Part shown: positions 37,071 to 46,685 of the stretch, piece after piece
How the letters are laid out: every line of letters begins with the position of its first letter
Position numbering within the stretch: the stretch's first letter is position 1
IMG/VR virus record: IMGVR_UViG_3300046522_000316
Location: 192,001-256,000 of that record
Source: a virus
Lineage: Duplodnaviria > Caudoviricetes
DNA length: 64,000 nt
Direction: 5' to 3' (one strand)
The notes under the pieces: generated by a model
What the model was told of the DNA's origin: nothing
Databases searched by the model: none
The model's input: only the letters and a program-made list of their open reading frames with translations
Made by a program: the position numbers and the translations under genes

Positions 37071-37090
37071 GGGCACCCCGAAGGGCACCC
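37071..37090 (-). other. C(UUCG)G hairpin
   Basis: gggtgccc-ttcg-gggtgccc, intergenic. Confidence 0.6.
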
Positions 37091-37097
37091 GCTTTGT

Positions 37098-37751
37098 TTA
37101 GTCGCAACCACCGGGGCTGCTGTCGTTGTTGCTCGACGGCGAATCGTAGCTCTCAGAACGGCTAGGAGACGAATAGGATTCGCTGCGGCTCGGTGCTGGC
37201 TCAGGCGCCGAATAAACCGGGCTGCATTGCTGTGCAGTGTGGCTAGGCGAACCGGGATAGCCTTCGGTTGCCTGTACCTGCGGAACTTCCACCACGTGCG
37301 CCCGGAAATCCGAATCGACTACAGCAAAAGCAGTAGCCGTAAGCAAAGCGCTGTTGTCTGGTTGGGGACTTTCCAGCGGATCGCGGTCATTACGGCGACG
37401 GCGATTCGACTCGCTCGCCATGTCAGAAGAAACAACACCGGGAACGTCGGTGCGGGGCCGGGACTTTGGGCCTTCTGTTTGCCCGTGCGTGCCTTTCACT
37501 TGGTACGGCAAATTTTCAGCGTGTGCAGCGCCAGACAAAACAGCAATGCGATTGCGGCATTCGTCCAGCTTCTGATCACGATCCAGAAGTTTGCGCACGT
37601 AGTCACGATTTGCGGCCTGCAATTGATGCACTTCGTTTTCCAACGTCACGCGATCTTTTTGCATTTCTTTTTGACGTGCAACGAACGCCTGCCATGCCTT
37701 CGTGTTGAACAGTACGTCGTACCAGCAAAACGATTTTACGAATACGCTCAT
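37098..37751 (-). CDS. Coiled-coil protein with Ser-rich low-complexity tail
   Basis: SRSESYSSPSRSESYDSPSS repeat. Confidence 0.65.
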   Translation of the reverse strand: MSVFVKSFCWYDVLFNTKAWQAFVARQKEMQKDRVTLENEVHQLQAANRDYVRKLLDRDQKLDECRNRIAVLSGAAHAENLPYQVKGTHGQTEGPKSRPRTDVPGVVSSDMASESNRRRRNDRDPLESPQPDNSALLTATAFAVVDSDFRAHVVEVPQVQATEGYPGSPSHTAQQCSPVYSAPEPAPSRSESYSSPSRSESYDSPSSNNDSSPGGCD

Positions 37752-38590
37752 TGTGCATTCCATCCGAGGTTAGCGAACAGGTCTTCACCGATTTCATAAT
37801 CAGTGTCCAAACTGTTCAGGTGTTCAGCGAAAAGCTTCGACCAGTTTTCCAGTTCAACGCCCGGATAAACCGAGGCGAAATCACGCAGTGCAACAGGCGG
37901 AATAAAATCGACGCCTTTTTCACGCGATCCAACGGTAACGCCTTTGCGCAGACGCAGACGCAGTGCGACCGCCACATGCAAACGACCAACGTTATCAGTT
38001 GCATCGAAAATCAAACCTTCGAAGTGCAGCGAAGCCAGATGCGCCAGACTGTGAACAGTGGCGATCAAACGTTCTGCTGGCGTGCCTTCGTTTTCCCACG
38101 CGACGAATTTTTCGCCGTTGACAAACCACGTCATTTCTTCGAACGCTTCACGCATCACGTTGTAAAGCAGCGTGGCGTATGCGTCGATAACGCTGGTCGG
38201 AATACCGCCCGCATTAATCACGGTTTTTACGTCGAGGAAATCAGTGTGTCCACCGGGGCACAGCGAACCCCGGCCCTGCAAATCCGATTCACCGTTACCT
38301 TCCCGCGCACGCATGTACGGATTCACTACCGGCTGAAATGGTGGCGTGCCGTGTTCTTCGACCGTGAAGTAATTCAGCCACTGCGCATAATCGCGGTTGC
38401 CTTTGTACGACTCGCCCCAGTGCAGGGATTCGTCGAGGTCTTCACGCTGGCCGATAATCAGACCGCGTTTGGTCAGGTTCAGGAATTGTTGAAAATCAAC
38501 TTTCACAAAACCTTTGCCACCCAAACCGAGTTGCGGAATGTCTTGCAAAACTTTGCGGCGAATTGCCACGATAGATTCTGGATATTTCAA
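37748..38590 (-). CDS. Nudix-fold phosphoesterase-like protein
   Basis: Y.QWLNY...SLCPGGHTD...NVMREAFEEM; TTG start. Confidence 0.7.
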   Translation of the reverse strand: MKYPESIVAIRRKVLQDIPQLGLGGKGFVKVDFQQFLNLTKRGLIIGQREDLDESLHWGESYKGNRDYAQWLNYFTVEEHGTPPFQPVVNPYMRAREGNGESDLQGRGSLCPGGHTDFLDVKTVINAGGIPTSVIDAYATLLYNVMREAFEEMTWFVNGEKFVAWENEGTPAERLIATVHSLAHLASLHFEGLIFDATDNVGRLHVAVALRLRLRKGVTVGSREKGVDFIPPVALRDFASVYPGVELENWSKLFAEHLNSLDTDYEIGEDLFANLGWNAQ

Positions 38591-38648
38591 AACGGTGTTC
38601 CCCTAGAAGGTAGGGCCTGCCCGGATTGGACAAGCAACCTACCCCTAG

Positions 38649-38660
38649 TATTTACAGTTT
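38649..38660 (-). promoter_or_regulatory. AAACTGTAAATA motif followed by a hairpin leader
   Basis: Intergenic; leader ggtagg...cctacc stem. Confidence 0.6.
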
Positions 38661-38662
38661 AA

Positions 38663-39178
38663 TCAGTTACGACCGCCAAGCTTCAGCGACAGGCCAGCGT
38701 AACGCAAACGAACGTCAGGCCCGGCGAATACCTCGGCAAACGCGTCACCGGTTTCAACAGTGAACGGAACGACCATACCGGAAGCGTTCGTGCAGGACAG
38801 GCGGAACGTGCCGTGCAAATCGGCGTACACCCAAATTTCATCGTCCGGGCGTTGTGCAGCAAACTTCTGAATCTCTTTGATCTTTTCGGAATGATCACCG
38901 ATGGTCGCAGCAGGCGAAACCGAAATCAGTTCGAAGCGGCCTTCGAAATCCGTAACGAATTTACGGTAGTGTTCGTCGTTGCCGAAATACTGAGTGAAGC
39001 GCAACCACAACGACGCCTGATTCATTTCGTCTTCCAGATACAGAAACGAAATTGGTCGAGGTTCCGGTTGGTGGCGTTCGATCATCATGTCGGTGTAGAG
39101 GCCACCCATGACGGTGTTGGTTACGCCCGCACCGGGGCGAGATTGTGCAGCGATCATTTCAGGAAAAACGTATTTCAT
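38663..39178 (-). CDS. Degenerate RecA/DnaB-fold small protein
   Basis: AAQSRPGAGVTN...FLYLEDEM. Confidence 0.55.
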   Translation of the reverse strand: MKYVFPEMIAAQSRPGAGVTNTVMGGLYTDMMIERHQPEPRPISFLYLEDEMNQASLWLRFTQYFGNDEHYRKFVTDFEGRFELISVSPAATIGDHSEKIKEIQKFAAQRPDDEIWVYADLHGTFRLSCTNASGMVVPFTVETGDAFAEVFAGPDVRLRYAGLSLKLGGRN

Positions 39179-39663
39179 TTAACAGTCCTTTTTACTTCAG
39201 TTGCGAAAGCGGCCAGACCTTTTGGCGACATGCGGAGAGTTGCAACGTCCACCGTCACTTTCGGATTTTTGGCGAGCATCAGATTGAAAAACGCATTTTC
39301 TTCTGGCTCGTCCAGCTGTACGTCTGGTTCGTTATCTTCGACCACCACTTTCAACAGGCTCGGCGTGTCGAGGAAAAAGTGGTGGTGCATATCCGGATAA
39401 TTGGCGAGCGAAATATCCAACGCTTCCGCAATGGCCTTCGCACGGTAGGCCTGCATAACGTTGACCCGGTTGCCGAGTTCTTCCATGTGTTCGCGACCGT
39501 ATTTCACGACCAGTTCATGGAACAGCGCGTTCGGATTTTGTTCGTCGGTGACGTAATAAAACGCGTCGTTCGGAAAGCGCTTGATGGCCTGCACCAGCAA
39601 GTTGAATGCTGACATGGACGCACCGGCACCCGCCATGGAAAACGTAATTAATTTCGGTAGCAT
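39175..39663 (-). CDS. Degenerate RecA/DnaB-fold small protein
   Basis: LITFSMAGAGASMSAFN...YYVTDEQ. Confidence 0.55.
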   Translation of the reverse strand: MLPKLITFSMAGAGASMSAFNLLVQAIKRFPNDAFYYVTDEQNPNALFHELVVKYGREHMEELGNRVNVMQAYRAKAIAEALDISLANYPDMHHHFFLDTPSLLKVVVEDNEPDVQLDEPEENAFFNLMLAKNPKVTVDVATLRMSPKGLAAFATEVKRTVK

Positions 39664-39666
39664 TTT

Positions 39667-40068
39667 TTACTCCACGAACAGTGTGATTGTTGCAACGTCG
39701 TCACGGGCCATCTGACGTTTGATTGTGTCGCTGGTGATTTCCACCGGCAACCAATCGCCCGCGTCTTGCTTGTATTTAATCTGGCCGGGCATCCAGTAAA
39801 CGATATGGATATTCGGCGCCAGATCACCCGGCAGGTTTTTGTAATACTCGATGCATTCGTCTACCCGGCCAACGCCGTGACAAACGGCAACCGCTTTGCT
39901 CGGCTTCTGGAACTCGCCCATGACGCGCAGTTGTTGCGGCAACAAATCCTGATCGGCAACCACCACGATAAGCGACTCGAAACGCTCCAGACGTTTGCCG
40001 ATGGTGTGGCCCAACAGAAACGTCGATTGCGAACGGTCAGTGCCTGTAATCACGTTGTAGGTTTTCAT
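39667..40068 (-). CDS. Degenerate P-loop-fold small protein
   Basis: NVITGTDRSQSTFLL...IVVVAD. Confidence 0.5.
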   Translation of the reverse strand: MKTYNVITGTDRSQSTFLLGHTIGKRLERFESLIVVVADQDLLPQQLRVMGEFQKPSKAVAVCHGVGRVDECIEYYKNLPGDLAPNIHIVYWMPGQIKYKQDAGDWLPVEITSDTIKRQMARDDVATITLFVE

Positions 40069-40772
40069 TCTGGTTTCTCCAAAAGAGTCAGACCGTGTTC
40101 AGAGATTGCAGCGATTGCTTCGCGTGCGTCTTCCTCGGACGCGTACACCCAACGCCCGTTAGGTTTATCACCCACATACAGCATCGAATTTTCCTGCGCC
40201 TTTTGCGGATCTACTTCGTTGACCACCAGCACCCACGCATGGAAATTCCATTCGTCACGGCCACCCGTGATTTTGTACGGCGTCAATTTGCTTTCGCCCT
40301 GCGCGACAGACTTGGCGAATGTGTCGCCGGTAATCAAGCACACCGGGTGTTTCTTATAACGCTCACGCTCACGATTTTCACGCAAGCGCCGACGACGCGC
40401 TTTTTCTTCTTTGGCTTCGTCGTCTTTGCGTTGTTCTTTCTCGGCAGAAATGCGCAGCGTACCCGCCGTGATTTCCTGTTCGAGTTGTTTAGCGTATTCG
40501 GTGCCGTCGAACGAACCGCACTGACTCAAAACCCGTTTGGCTTTTACCGAAATTGCCGGATGATCTTCCAGTTTCTTTTTCGGCACCAAATCAATAACTG
40601 CGGCCAGCGCGTATTCCGCTTCGGAACGCATGTCGTTGACACGGTTCAGGCGATTCATAACCGCCGTCTGCATTGCGAGAATGAGCGGCCCCATCCATTC
40701 CGGATTTTCTTCGATAACGTCCATCACGTTTTGGAAGAACCGTTCTTTTTTCATCGGATCGAAATCGTTCAT
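40065..40772 (-). CDS. Hypothetical protein
   Basis: ORF track. Confidence 0.65.
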   Translation of the reverse strand: MNDFDPMKKERFFQNVMDVIEENPEWMGPLILAMQTAVMNRLNRVNDMRSEAEYALAAVIDLVPKKKLEDHPAISVKAKRVLSQCGSFDGTEYAKQLEQEITAGTLRISAEKEQRKDDEAKEEKARRRRLRENRERERYKKHPVCLITGDTFAKSVAQGESKLTPYKITGGRDEWNFHAWVLVVNEVDPQKAQENSMLYVGDKPNGRWVYASEEDAREAIAAISEHGLTLLEKPE

Positions 40773-41377
40773 TCGTCTACGTCCTTTTCCGGCGCTGTGA
40801 ACAGATCGTTATGGTGGCGTGACAGGAAATCGGCTGCGTCACCCATCAGGCCGCTAGTCATTTCGCAAAACGCCTTGGTGAACTTGCGGTCGGCGTACAG
40901 GAATTTTGTGCGTTCCTGTTGATCACGCATACCACGCCACAACCGCATCAGTTCTTCGGGTTTGTTTTCTTCGATGAATTCGCACAGCAATTTGTGCAAA
41001 CCTTTTCTGTACCATTCCACCATTATTTCGGTGTCATGGTCGCGGTCGTAATCGCCCAGTGTCACAGGCAGCACCAAACGCCAGCGCTCAGGTGCCGACG
41101 CAATGAAATCAATTGCAGCCACCGCGCCGTTGCCGTAACCCAAGCGAACCAGTGCATCACGTTCGTCGAAGGCTTCTACAGCATCCATTTGCGAATTTTT
41201 GCTGCGCCAGAAAACCCACCACGTGCCCAGTGTGCGAATTTCGGTGTTGCCGTTTTTCAGCGACAGGCGCAGGTCGCCCAACCGAGTAAAGAAACTGATT
41301 TCTTCAGCTGTTGGATTTTGGTAGTTCTTCAGGTCGAAATGCGCCAGCAAATCGCTGATCAATTTTTCGTGATTCAC
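40769..41377 (-). CDS. Hypothetical protein
   Basis: GTGA overlap; ggaga RBS. Confidence 0.65.
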   Translation of the reverse strand: MNHEKLISDLLAHFDLKNYQNPTAEEISFFTRLGDLRLSLKNGNTEIRTLGTWWVFWRSKNSQMDAVEAFDERDALVRLGYGNGAVAAIDFIASAPERWRLVLPVTLGDYDRDHDTEIMVEWYRKGLHKLLCEFIEENKPEELMRLWRGMRDQQERTKFLYADRKFTKAFCEMTSGLMGDAADFLSRHHNDLFTAPEKDVDE

Positions 41378-42141
41378 TTGGCGTTCTCCACGCACATTTT
41401 CACGTCGTGGGAACGAACCAGCACCCACACCTTCGTCGGCTCAACTTTGATTTCCGGCAAAACGTAATTGCTGGTAATCGAATAATGTTCCTTCGCAGGA
41501 ATAAAAGTGAACGGGCCGTCCGTGAGGAAATTGCCGTGTGCTTCTGGCGCGTGCCCATCGACATAAACCTGCCCGACCGGCGAACCGAGGGAAAGCGTCA
41601 TGCTGTTGAAATTGTGGTGCGCCACACGTTCGCTTTCGTGGTCGTTGTAGCTGTTGTTCACCACGTAGTAATCGTTGGACGCCAGAAATTTATAAAACGG
41701 CGTGTGGCCCAAGCGATTCAATTTCACCCACGCCTGAACGCCGATACGAATTGCATTAACGCCGTCGCGACCTTCCACGTCACGCGTGTATGCCGTGAAC
41801 TCTACCCACTCCGGGGCCTTGGTCAATTCACGGGCGTAGTGGGCGTAGTGAGCCATACAGCACGACAGCCGAATATAATCCGCGACCGCTTTTGTTTCTT
41901 CGTCGGTCTTCGGGGCGAACAGCTGGTCGTGCCAGTCCCAATCAACGCCGTCGCCGTGCGTCTGCACTTTCTTGCGGTAAACGTTGATCGTGTTTTTGTT
42001 GAAGTTGAACCGAATACCTTCGGCCTGAATTATACAGCCCCAGCGCGACGGTTCATTTTCGAACGGGATGGCACGCGTGGTGAAATATTCCAGCACGAAA
42101 TTAATGTGCTTTTGTAGCGGATGTGGTGCAGTCATTCTCAT
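41374..42141 (-). CDS. Hypothetical protein
   Basis: ATGA coupling. Confidence 0.65.
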   Translation of the reverse strand: MRMTAPHPLQKHINFVLEYFTTRAIPFENEPSRWGCIIQAEGIRFNFNKNTINVYRKKVQTHGDGVDWDWHDQLFAPKTDEETKAVADYIRLSCCMAHYAHYARELTKAPEWVEFTAYTRDVEGRDGVNAIRIGVQAWVKLNRLGHTPFYKFLASNDYYVVNNSYNDHESERVAHHNFNSMTLSLGSPVGQVYVDGHAPEAHGNFLTDGPFTFIPAKEHYSITSNYVLPEIKVEPTKVWVLVRSHDVKMCVENAK

Positions 42142-42899
42142 ACGTCCCATTCATGAGGAAAAATAAGCGGCAGCGGCATTTGATCGCGTGGAACGAGTAC
42201 GAGGAAATTATCCTGCATTACGCGGCCCTCTACGATTTGAATGCCTACGGCTTCGCATTCTTCTTTGTTGTTCACGACCATTATCTGTCGGCGCTCAAAC
42301 CACGCCAACACCATGTTCGTATCGACCGGCAAATAATCGAAAGGCTTGTATGCGCTTTCGGCCCACACCTTGAACGGCCCCTGATTCAATTTCGTGAATT
42401 CTTTTTGCTTGAGCAAGAAAGGTTTTTTCACGCCGACGAATTTCGCCTTTGTTCCTGCGTCACTGATCACGCGCCGGTAAGCTTCGTGATTGCTGTTCAG
42501 GCCGCGCACGCGGTACAGGGCATAGAGGCTTATATAATCTGCATCGTCCCAATACTTGCGGCCCTTCAGGAAAGAACGCTCGCCAACCGCAAACACGATT
42601 TCAGGAACATTGAAGCCGGGCATTGTGCGCCAGCGTCGGAATTCCTGCGCGATATCCGCAACGCCTGTCAGCGCTTCGAGTGCCGTATCGGAATAGCGAA
42701 ACTTCCCGATAATGATTGGCCCCATTGTTGCGAGATTTACGATGTGGTCGGAATACGCGTAGGCCCGGATCACGTATTCGGTTGCGTTGAACGTGACGGT
42801 CAAGCCATCGGTCGCGACTTCATTTTCAGAATCTGCAAACGGCACCGTGCGACCATCCAGCAGGTCAATAAAATGCTGCTGAAAATTAACTGGCAACAT
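42138..42899 (-). CDS. Hypothetical protein
   Basis: ggaga RBS before MLPVNF. Confidence 0.65.
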   Translation of the reverse strand: MLPVNFQQHFIDLLDGRTVPFADSENEVATDGLTVTFNATEYVIRAYAYSDHIVNLATMGPIIIGKFRYSDTALEALTGVADIAQEFRRWRTMPGFNVPEIVFAVGERSFLKGRKYWDDADYISLYALYRVRGLNSNHEAYRRVISDAGTKAKFVGVKKPFLLKQKEFTKLNQGPFKVWAESAYKPFDYLPVDTNMVLAWFERRQIMVVNNKEECEAVGIQIVEGRVMQDNFLVLVPRDQMPLPLIFPHEWDV

Positions 42900-43986
42900 T
42901 GTTAATCTCCATATACCCGGCAATCACATTGTAGAAATCGGACACGCCCAACCGATCATCTGTACGCAATTCCACGCGCAGATAACCGCCGTTCTTTTCC
43001 AGTACGAAAATCAGATACGTTTGGCCCGCCCGATCTTTTGCGTCAACCAGAATGCCGACGTGTTTCTGATTGTCGTTTCGTACAACGGTGAATTCGTTGC
43101 GCCCGCTCACAAACGCCGTCAGCTTTTCGCAGTTTGCCAGCCGGTCTTTGATGCCGTCGATTGCGGCCATGCCTGTGCAGTCGTGAATGCCACGCGTACC
43201 ACCGGTTGGGACATTGGTAATTACTTCGTTCACGTGGCCGATTAAATCCGCGCCCTGTGTCACCAAATCGAATTCTTTGTGGCCCCCATTCGAATCATCG
43301 ACCAGAACCATTTTGTTCGCCTTGCGGAATTTCACGGTGATACTCCCGCCGATTTTGTAAACGATGCCTACGCCTTCCGGCCCGTATTCAAAACTCCGGT
43401 CATACAGCGCCGCCAAACGTTCCAGCGAACTTGCCAATTGATCCCCCGTGTTCGGCACAATGTCTACGCCTTCAATGTGGTGCTTCCAGCGCTCTATAAG
43501 CTGCGCCAGCTTGTGCGGCCTGTAACCCTCTTTAAAGAGTTCGCGCAACGCCATCAGTTCGTGCCCCAGCTTCACGTGGTTAGCGTTGGCTGGCAGGCGT
43601 ACAGGCGTCACCGTATCGGCCACCACAACGCCGTTTGCTACGCAGATAATCGGCAACGTGCCTTCCACGAAACGCACAAGGTTTGCAATGCGCAACCCGG
43701 CAAAAGGAAACGCGGTCACGACCAGTTTGTCAGTCGAACGCACGAACTTATTGTCGTACATAAAACTCAACAAACCTTCGGCCACCAGTTGCGGGCTGTA
43801 GCCGTCGAGTTCTTCAGCGACTTTAGGAATCACGTTCGCGAAAATCTCACGGGTCTTGCGCCCGAACTTATCGTAAACCACGACAGCGGAATTCGCGGAC
43901 TGGTAAATATTGTCCACGATGAAAACGTCAAAGACTTCACCGAAGGCGCGGCGGTCTTCAAACAGATCCATTAATTGCATGCTCAT
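42886..43986 (-). CDS. Hypothetical protein
   Basis: 366-aa ORF. Confidence 0.7.
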   Translation of the reverse strand: MSMQLMDLFEDRRAFGEVFDVFIVDNIYQSANSAVVVYDKFGRKTREIFANVIPKVAEELDGYSPQLVAEGLLSFMYDNKFVRSTDKLVVTAFPFAGLRIANLVRFVEGTLPIICVANGVVVADTVTPVRLPANANHVKLGHELMALRELFKEGYRPHKLAQLIERWKHHIEGVDIVPNTGDQLASSLERLAALYDRSFEYGPEGVGIVYKIGGSITVKFRKANKMVLVDDSNGGHKEFDLVTQGADLIGHVNEVITNVPTGGTRGIHDCTGMAAIDGIKDRLANCEKLTAFVSGRNEFTVVRNDNQKHVGILVDAKDRAGQTYLIFVLEKNGGYLRVELRTDDRLGVSDFYNVIAGYMEINNVAS

Positions 43987-44387
43987 GCTGATTGTTCCTT
44001 ATATTCGTCTTCGAATGATTCGCGAAGCCCGGTGGCCTCGGCTAATTTTTGATCCCAATTTCTCAGATAGGTATTGTCGTTGCCTATGTGAATCATTTGG
44101 GGTTTCCCGGTAACTGGGTTGCACACCGCAAAGCGATGTTTAACTTGGCTACCGTCTTTCACCGTGTAATGCGTGATGCCCACGGGAAGCTCACTCGTTT
44201 TATTTGAGCGAGCTTTTGTTTCGAGTTTACGCGGTGGTGCGTCTTCCGGTTCAATTTCGCGCACAGCAGCGGCATACGCTTGCTCACGGCTACCGAAATC
44301 AGAATCGTAAAACTTTGTGCGCTGGGTTCCAAAGCGCTCGGGGATGTACCATCCGGTTTGGATGGCGTTACGATAAATCTTTTTCAT
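43983..44387 (-). CDS. AP2-like DNA-binding protein
   Basis: GW...F.D..FGSREQAYAAAV; LPVGI; A...R..FE pattern of phage AP2 domains. Confidence 0.6.
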   Translation of the reverse strand: MKKIYRNAIQTGWYIPERFGTQRTKFYDSDFGSREQAYAAAVREIEPEDAPPRKLETKARSNKTSELPVGITHYTVKDGSQVKHRFAVCNPVTGKPQMIHIGNDNTYLRNWDQKLAEATGLRESFEDEYKEQSA

Positions 44388-45016
44388 GGTTTGGCATAAT
44401 AAACACTCGCTTCGTGGGCCGGAATAACGGCACTCATAAAATCACCCGTGGGCGCTGTGAAAACATCAAGGCGCCGGAATTCTTCTTCAAGCTCTTCGAT
44501 TTGTTGGCGGTTTTCCATCTGCACCACGAATGCGTTTTCACGCACCGGGCACAACGTCCAGCAATAACGGTCGGTGCGCAAATGATTGCGCCGCGTGTCG
44601 ATCCAGATTTTCTTTCCTGCACCGTCACCAACGTAGGCATAACGACGCGCCTCGGGCACGTGGTCAAGATCCACGCCCAACACATCAATAAACTTACGGC
44701 GGAACTTAGGCGAGACTACAGACGCCCCACGCACCCATTTAGAACGCGTCTCGGGTTTGCATACGGCGTCGAGGTTCACGCCCTGCCGTTGCAGTTCGAG
44801 AATGTGGTAGGCGTACAGGGCCAACCGCCATTCATTTTCGAAGTCGTCAAGAATGCTAAGCGCCTTCACTTCTTCCAACGGCGGCAAATACATTCCCGTG
44901 CCATAAGCGTGCAGCGTTGCGGTTGCGCGCTCAACAGACCAATCCATTTTGGCAGCGAAAGAATCGACGATAGAACGATTGCCTGCCATAGCACCAATCG
45001 ACGAATAAAACATCAT
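44384..45016 (-). CDS. Protein with XRE-like helix-turn-helix segment
   Basis: ETRSKWVRGASVVSPKFRRKFIDVLGV. Confidence 0.5.
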   Translation of the reverse strand: MMFYSSIGAMAGNRSIVDSFAAKMDWSVERATATLHAYGTGMYLPPLEEVKALSILDDFENEWRLALYAYHILELQRQGVNLDAVCKPETRSKWVRGASVVSPKFRRKFIDVLGVDLDHVPEARRYAYVGDGAGKKIWIDTRRNHLRTDRYCWTLCPVRENAFVVQMENRQQIEELEEEFRRLDVFTAPTGDFMSAVIPAHEASVYYAKP

Positions 45017-45066
45017 GAAAAACCCTCTGATCCCGATTTGGTTTCTTAAAAAATTTACTGCCGTGT

Positions 45067-45101
45067 AAAAAATAAATGGGCCACCTATCCAAGCATGGCC
45101 C
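45067..45101 (-). terminator. Intrinsic terminator
   Basis: gggcca...tggccc stem followed by atttatttttt. Confidence 0.7.
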
Positions 45102-45107
45102 GGCGCG

Positions 45108-46631
45108 TCAGACGAAAGTCACGCTGTTCATAAAGAACGAATCGTCGTTCGGGCTAATACCCGTTTCCGGATGGAAATTCGATTCTGCTTCTGCGCTGAT
45201 AGGCAGATGCATCACGTTGTGTTCATCGACATAAATGCCGTGGATATTCAGAATCGCACGACCTGTACTCAAATTGCTCTGGTGTTCACGCAGACTGGCA
45301 ACGCCGCGATGCGGGCCGTTGTCGTAAACTTTGTTGTCCAGATAATAAACGCGGAAATCCATTTCATGAACGGACATTCGATATTCGTCAAACGCGCCTG
45401 CGGAATCTTCGCGCTCGAACAAAACGCCGCGTGGTGCTTCCGCCGCCAGCAGCAAAAATTCTGCCGCTGTAAAGTGTGCGCCGCTGCCCATCAAACGAAT
45501 CGACTTACCCGGCAACGACGACATGAACGCAGACGGGTTCTGTTGAATGTCTTGAATGATTTCGAATTCCATCCCGGCAACGGCCTTGCGGTCGAAGCCT
45601 ACGCCTTTCAGAACGGTTTCCAGTTGATCCCCGCTCAGGGTATCGAAGTAATGGAAAACACGCTCTACGGCGTCCTGCAAGCTCGCTGTAGTGGCGAAGA
45701 ACGAATAGCCTTGCTTGTCCTCGCCTACGATCACTTCTACGCGATCCTTGCGCACCACGGCACGGAATACGCTGGTGATGAAAGTCCACGAAAGATCGCG
45801 AACGTCAGCGGCCTTGTTTGCGTAGTGGCGGAAAGTGGTCGGCCACAATTCCAGCATTGCCCGGAACGCCTTCAGCTGCACCAGACTTTCGTAATCTTGA
45901 AAATCGACGTGCTGCACGTTGCGTTCATAATCGTCGGTCAGATTATGCACCCGATCCAAATCACGCGCCGTGAACAAATCGTAAACTTCGTCACCGGCAG
46001 AATATTTCACTACCGGCGTTTTGCGCGGTTGGAAATTCTGGTCGTCTGCCAGCGGCGAACCTGCCAGCAAATAAATGCCGTGAGTCGCCAAATTTTCCAG
46101 CGTGCCTTCTGAAGGCGATGCAACTTCGTCACGCCAGTTTTTAATCGACTGCGCACTGAACAGGCCGTGCAGCGTTTGGATTTCACCCGGTGACATTTGG
46201 TCGATGTTGTGGCTGATCAACGCACGACGGAAAGCGCGCAGAACATCCTGCTTCGTGTCTTCGTCCATCGTGTGCAGCATTTTCGAACTGAACCGGGTAA
46301 TCAGGTTCGGCACATTGTCTTCTGCATAATCGACGTACAGACGTGCGTCGTCGGAAGTCTGGAACATTTGCACGTACTGCACGATGCCATTGCCACGCTC
46401 GCGCCACAGGTCACGGAATTGCAGCGGCTTTACTTTGTCAGCCTTCGGAGTTTTCACCGGCTCTTTCGGCGTGGCTTCTACCGGGCGATCCGGACGGCCT
46501 TTTGCAACACGCTTTTTCTCTACCTTTTTCTCAACGACAGGTTTTGCAGCCGCTGCCTTTTTCGCCGTAGCGGGTTTCTTTTCCACTGGCGATTTAGCGG
46601 CGTCTTCTTTGCGGATAATTTTTGCTGGCAT
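45108..46631 (-). CDS. Large hypothetical protein with Lys/Ala/Pro-rich N-terminal tail
   Basis: taggag RBS; KKPATAKKAAAAKPVVEKK. Confidence 0.75.
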   Translation of the reverse strand: MPAKIIRKEDAAKSPVEKKPATAKKAAAAKPVVEKKVEKKRVAKGRPDRPVEATPKEPVKTPKADKVKPLQFRDLWRERGNGIVQYVQMFQTSDDARLYVDYAEDNVPNLITRFSSKMLHTMDEDTKQDVLRAFRRALISHNIDQMSPGEIQTLHGLFSAQSIKNWRDEVASPSEGTLENLATHGIYLLAGSPLADDQNFQPRKTPVVKYSAGDEVYDLFTARDLDRVHNLTDDYERNVQHVDFQDYESLVQLKAFRAMLELWPTTFRHYANKAADVRDLSWTFITSVFRAVVRKDRVEVIVGEDKQGYSFFATTASLQDAVERVFHYFDTLSGDQLETVLKGVGFDRKAVAGMEFEIIQDIQQNPSAFMSSLPGKSIRLMGSGAHFTAAEFLLLAAEAPRGVLFEREDSAGAFDEYRMSVHEMDFRVYYLDNKVYDNGPHRGVASLREHQSNLSTGRAILNIHGIYVDEHNVMHLPISAEAESNFHPETGISPNDDSFFMNSVTFV

Positions 46632-46685
46632 TTGGTGTTTCTCCTAAAGGCGGGGGCCGCGTTGGCATGCCCCCTGTTCGGTATT

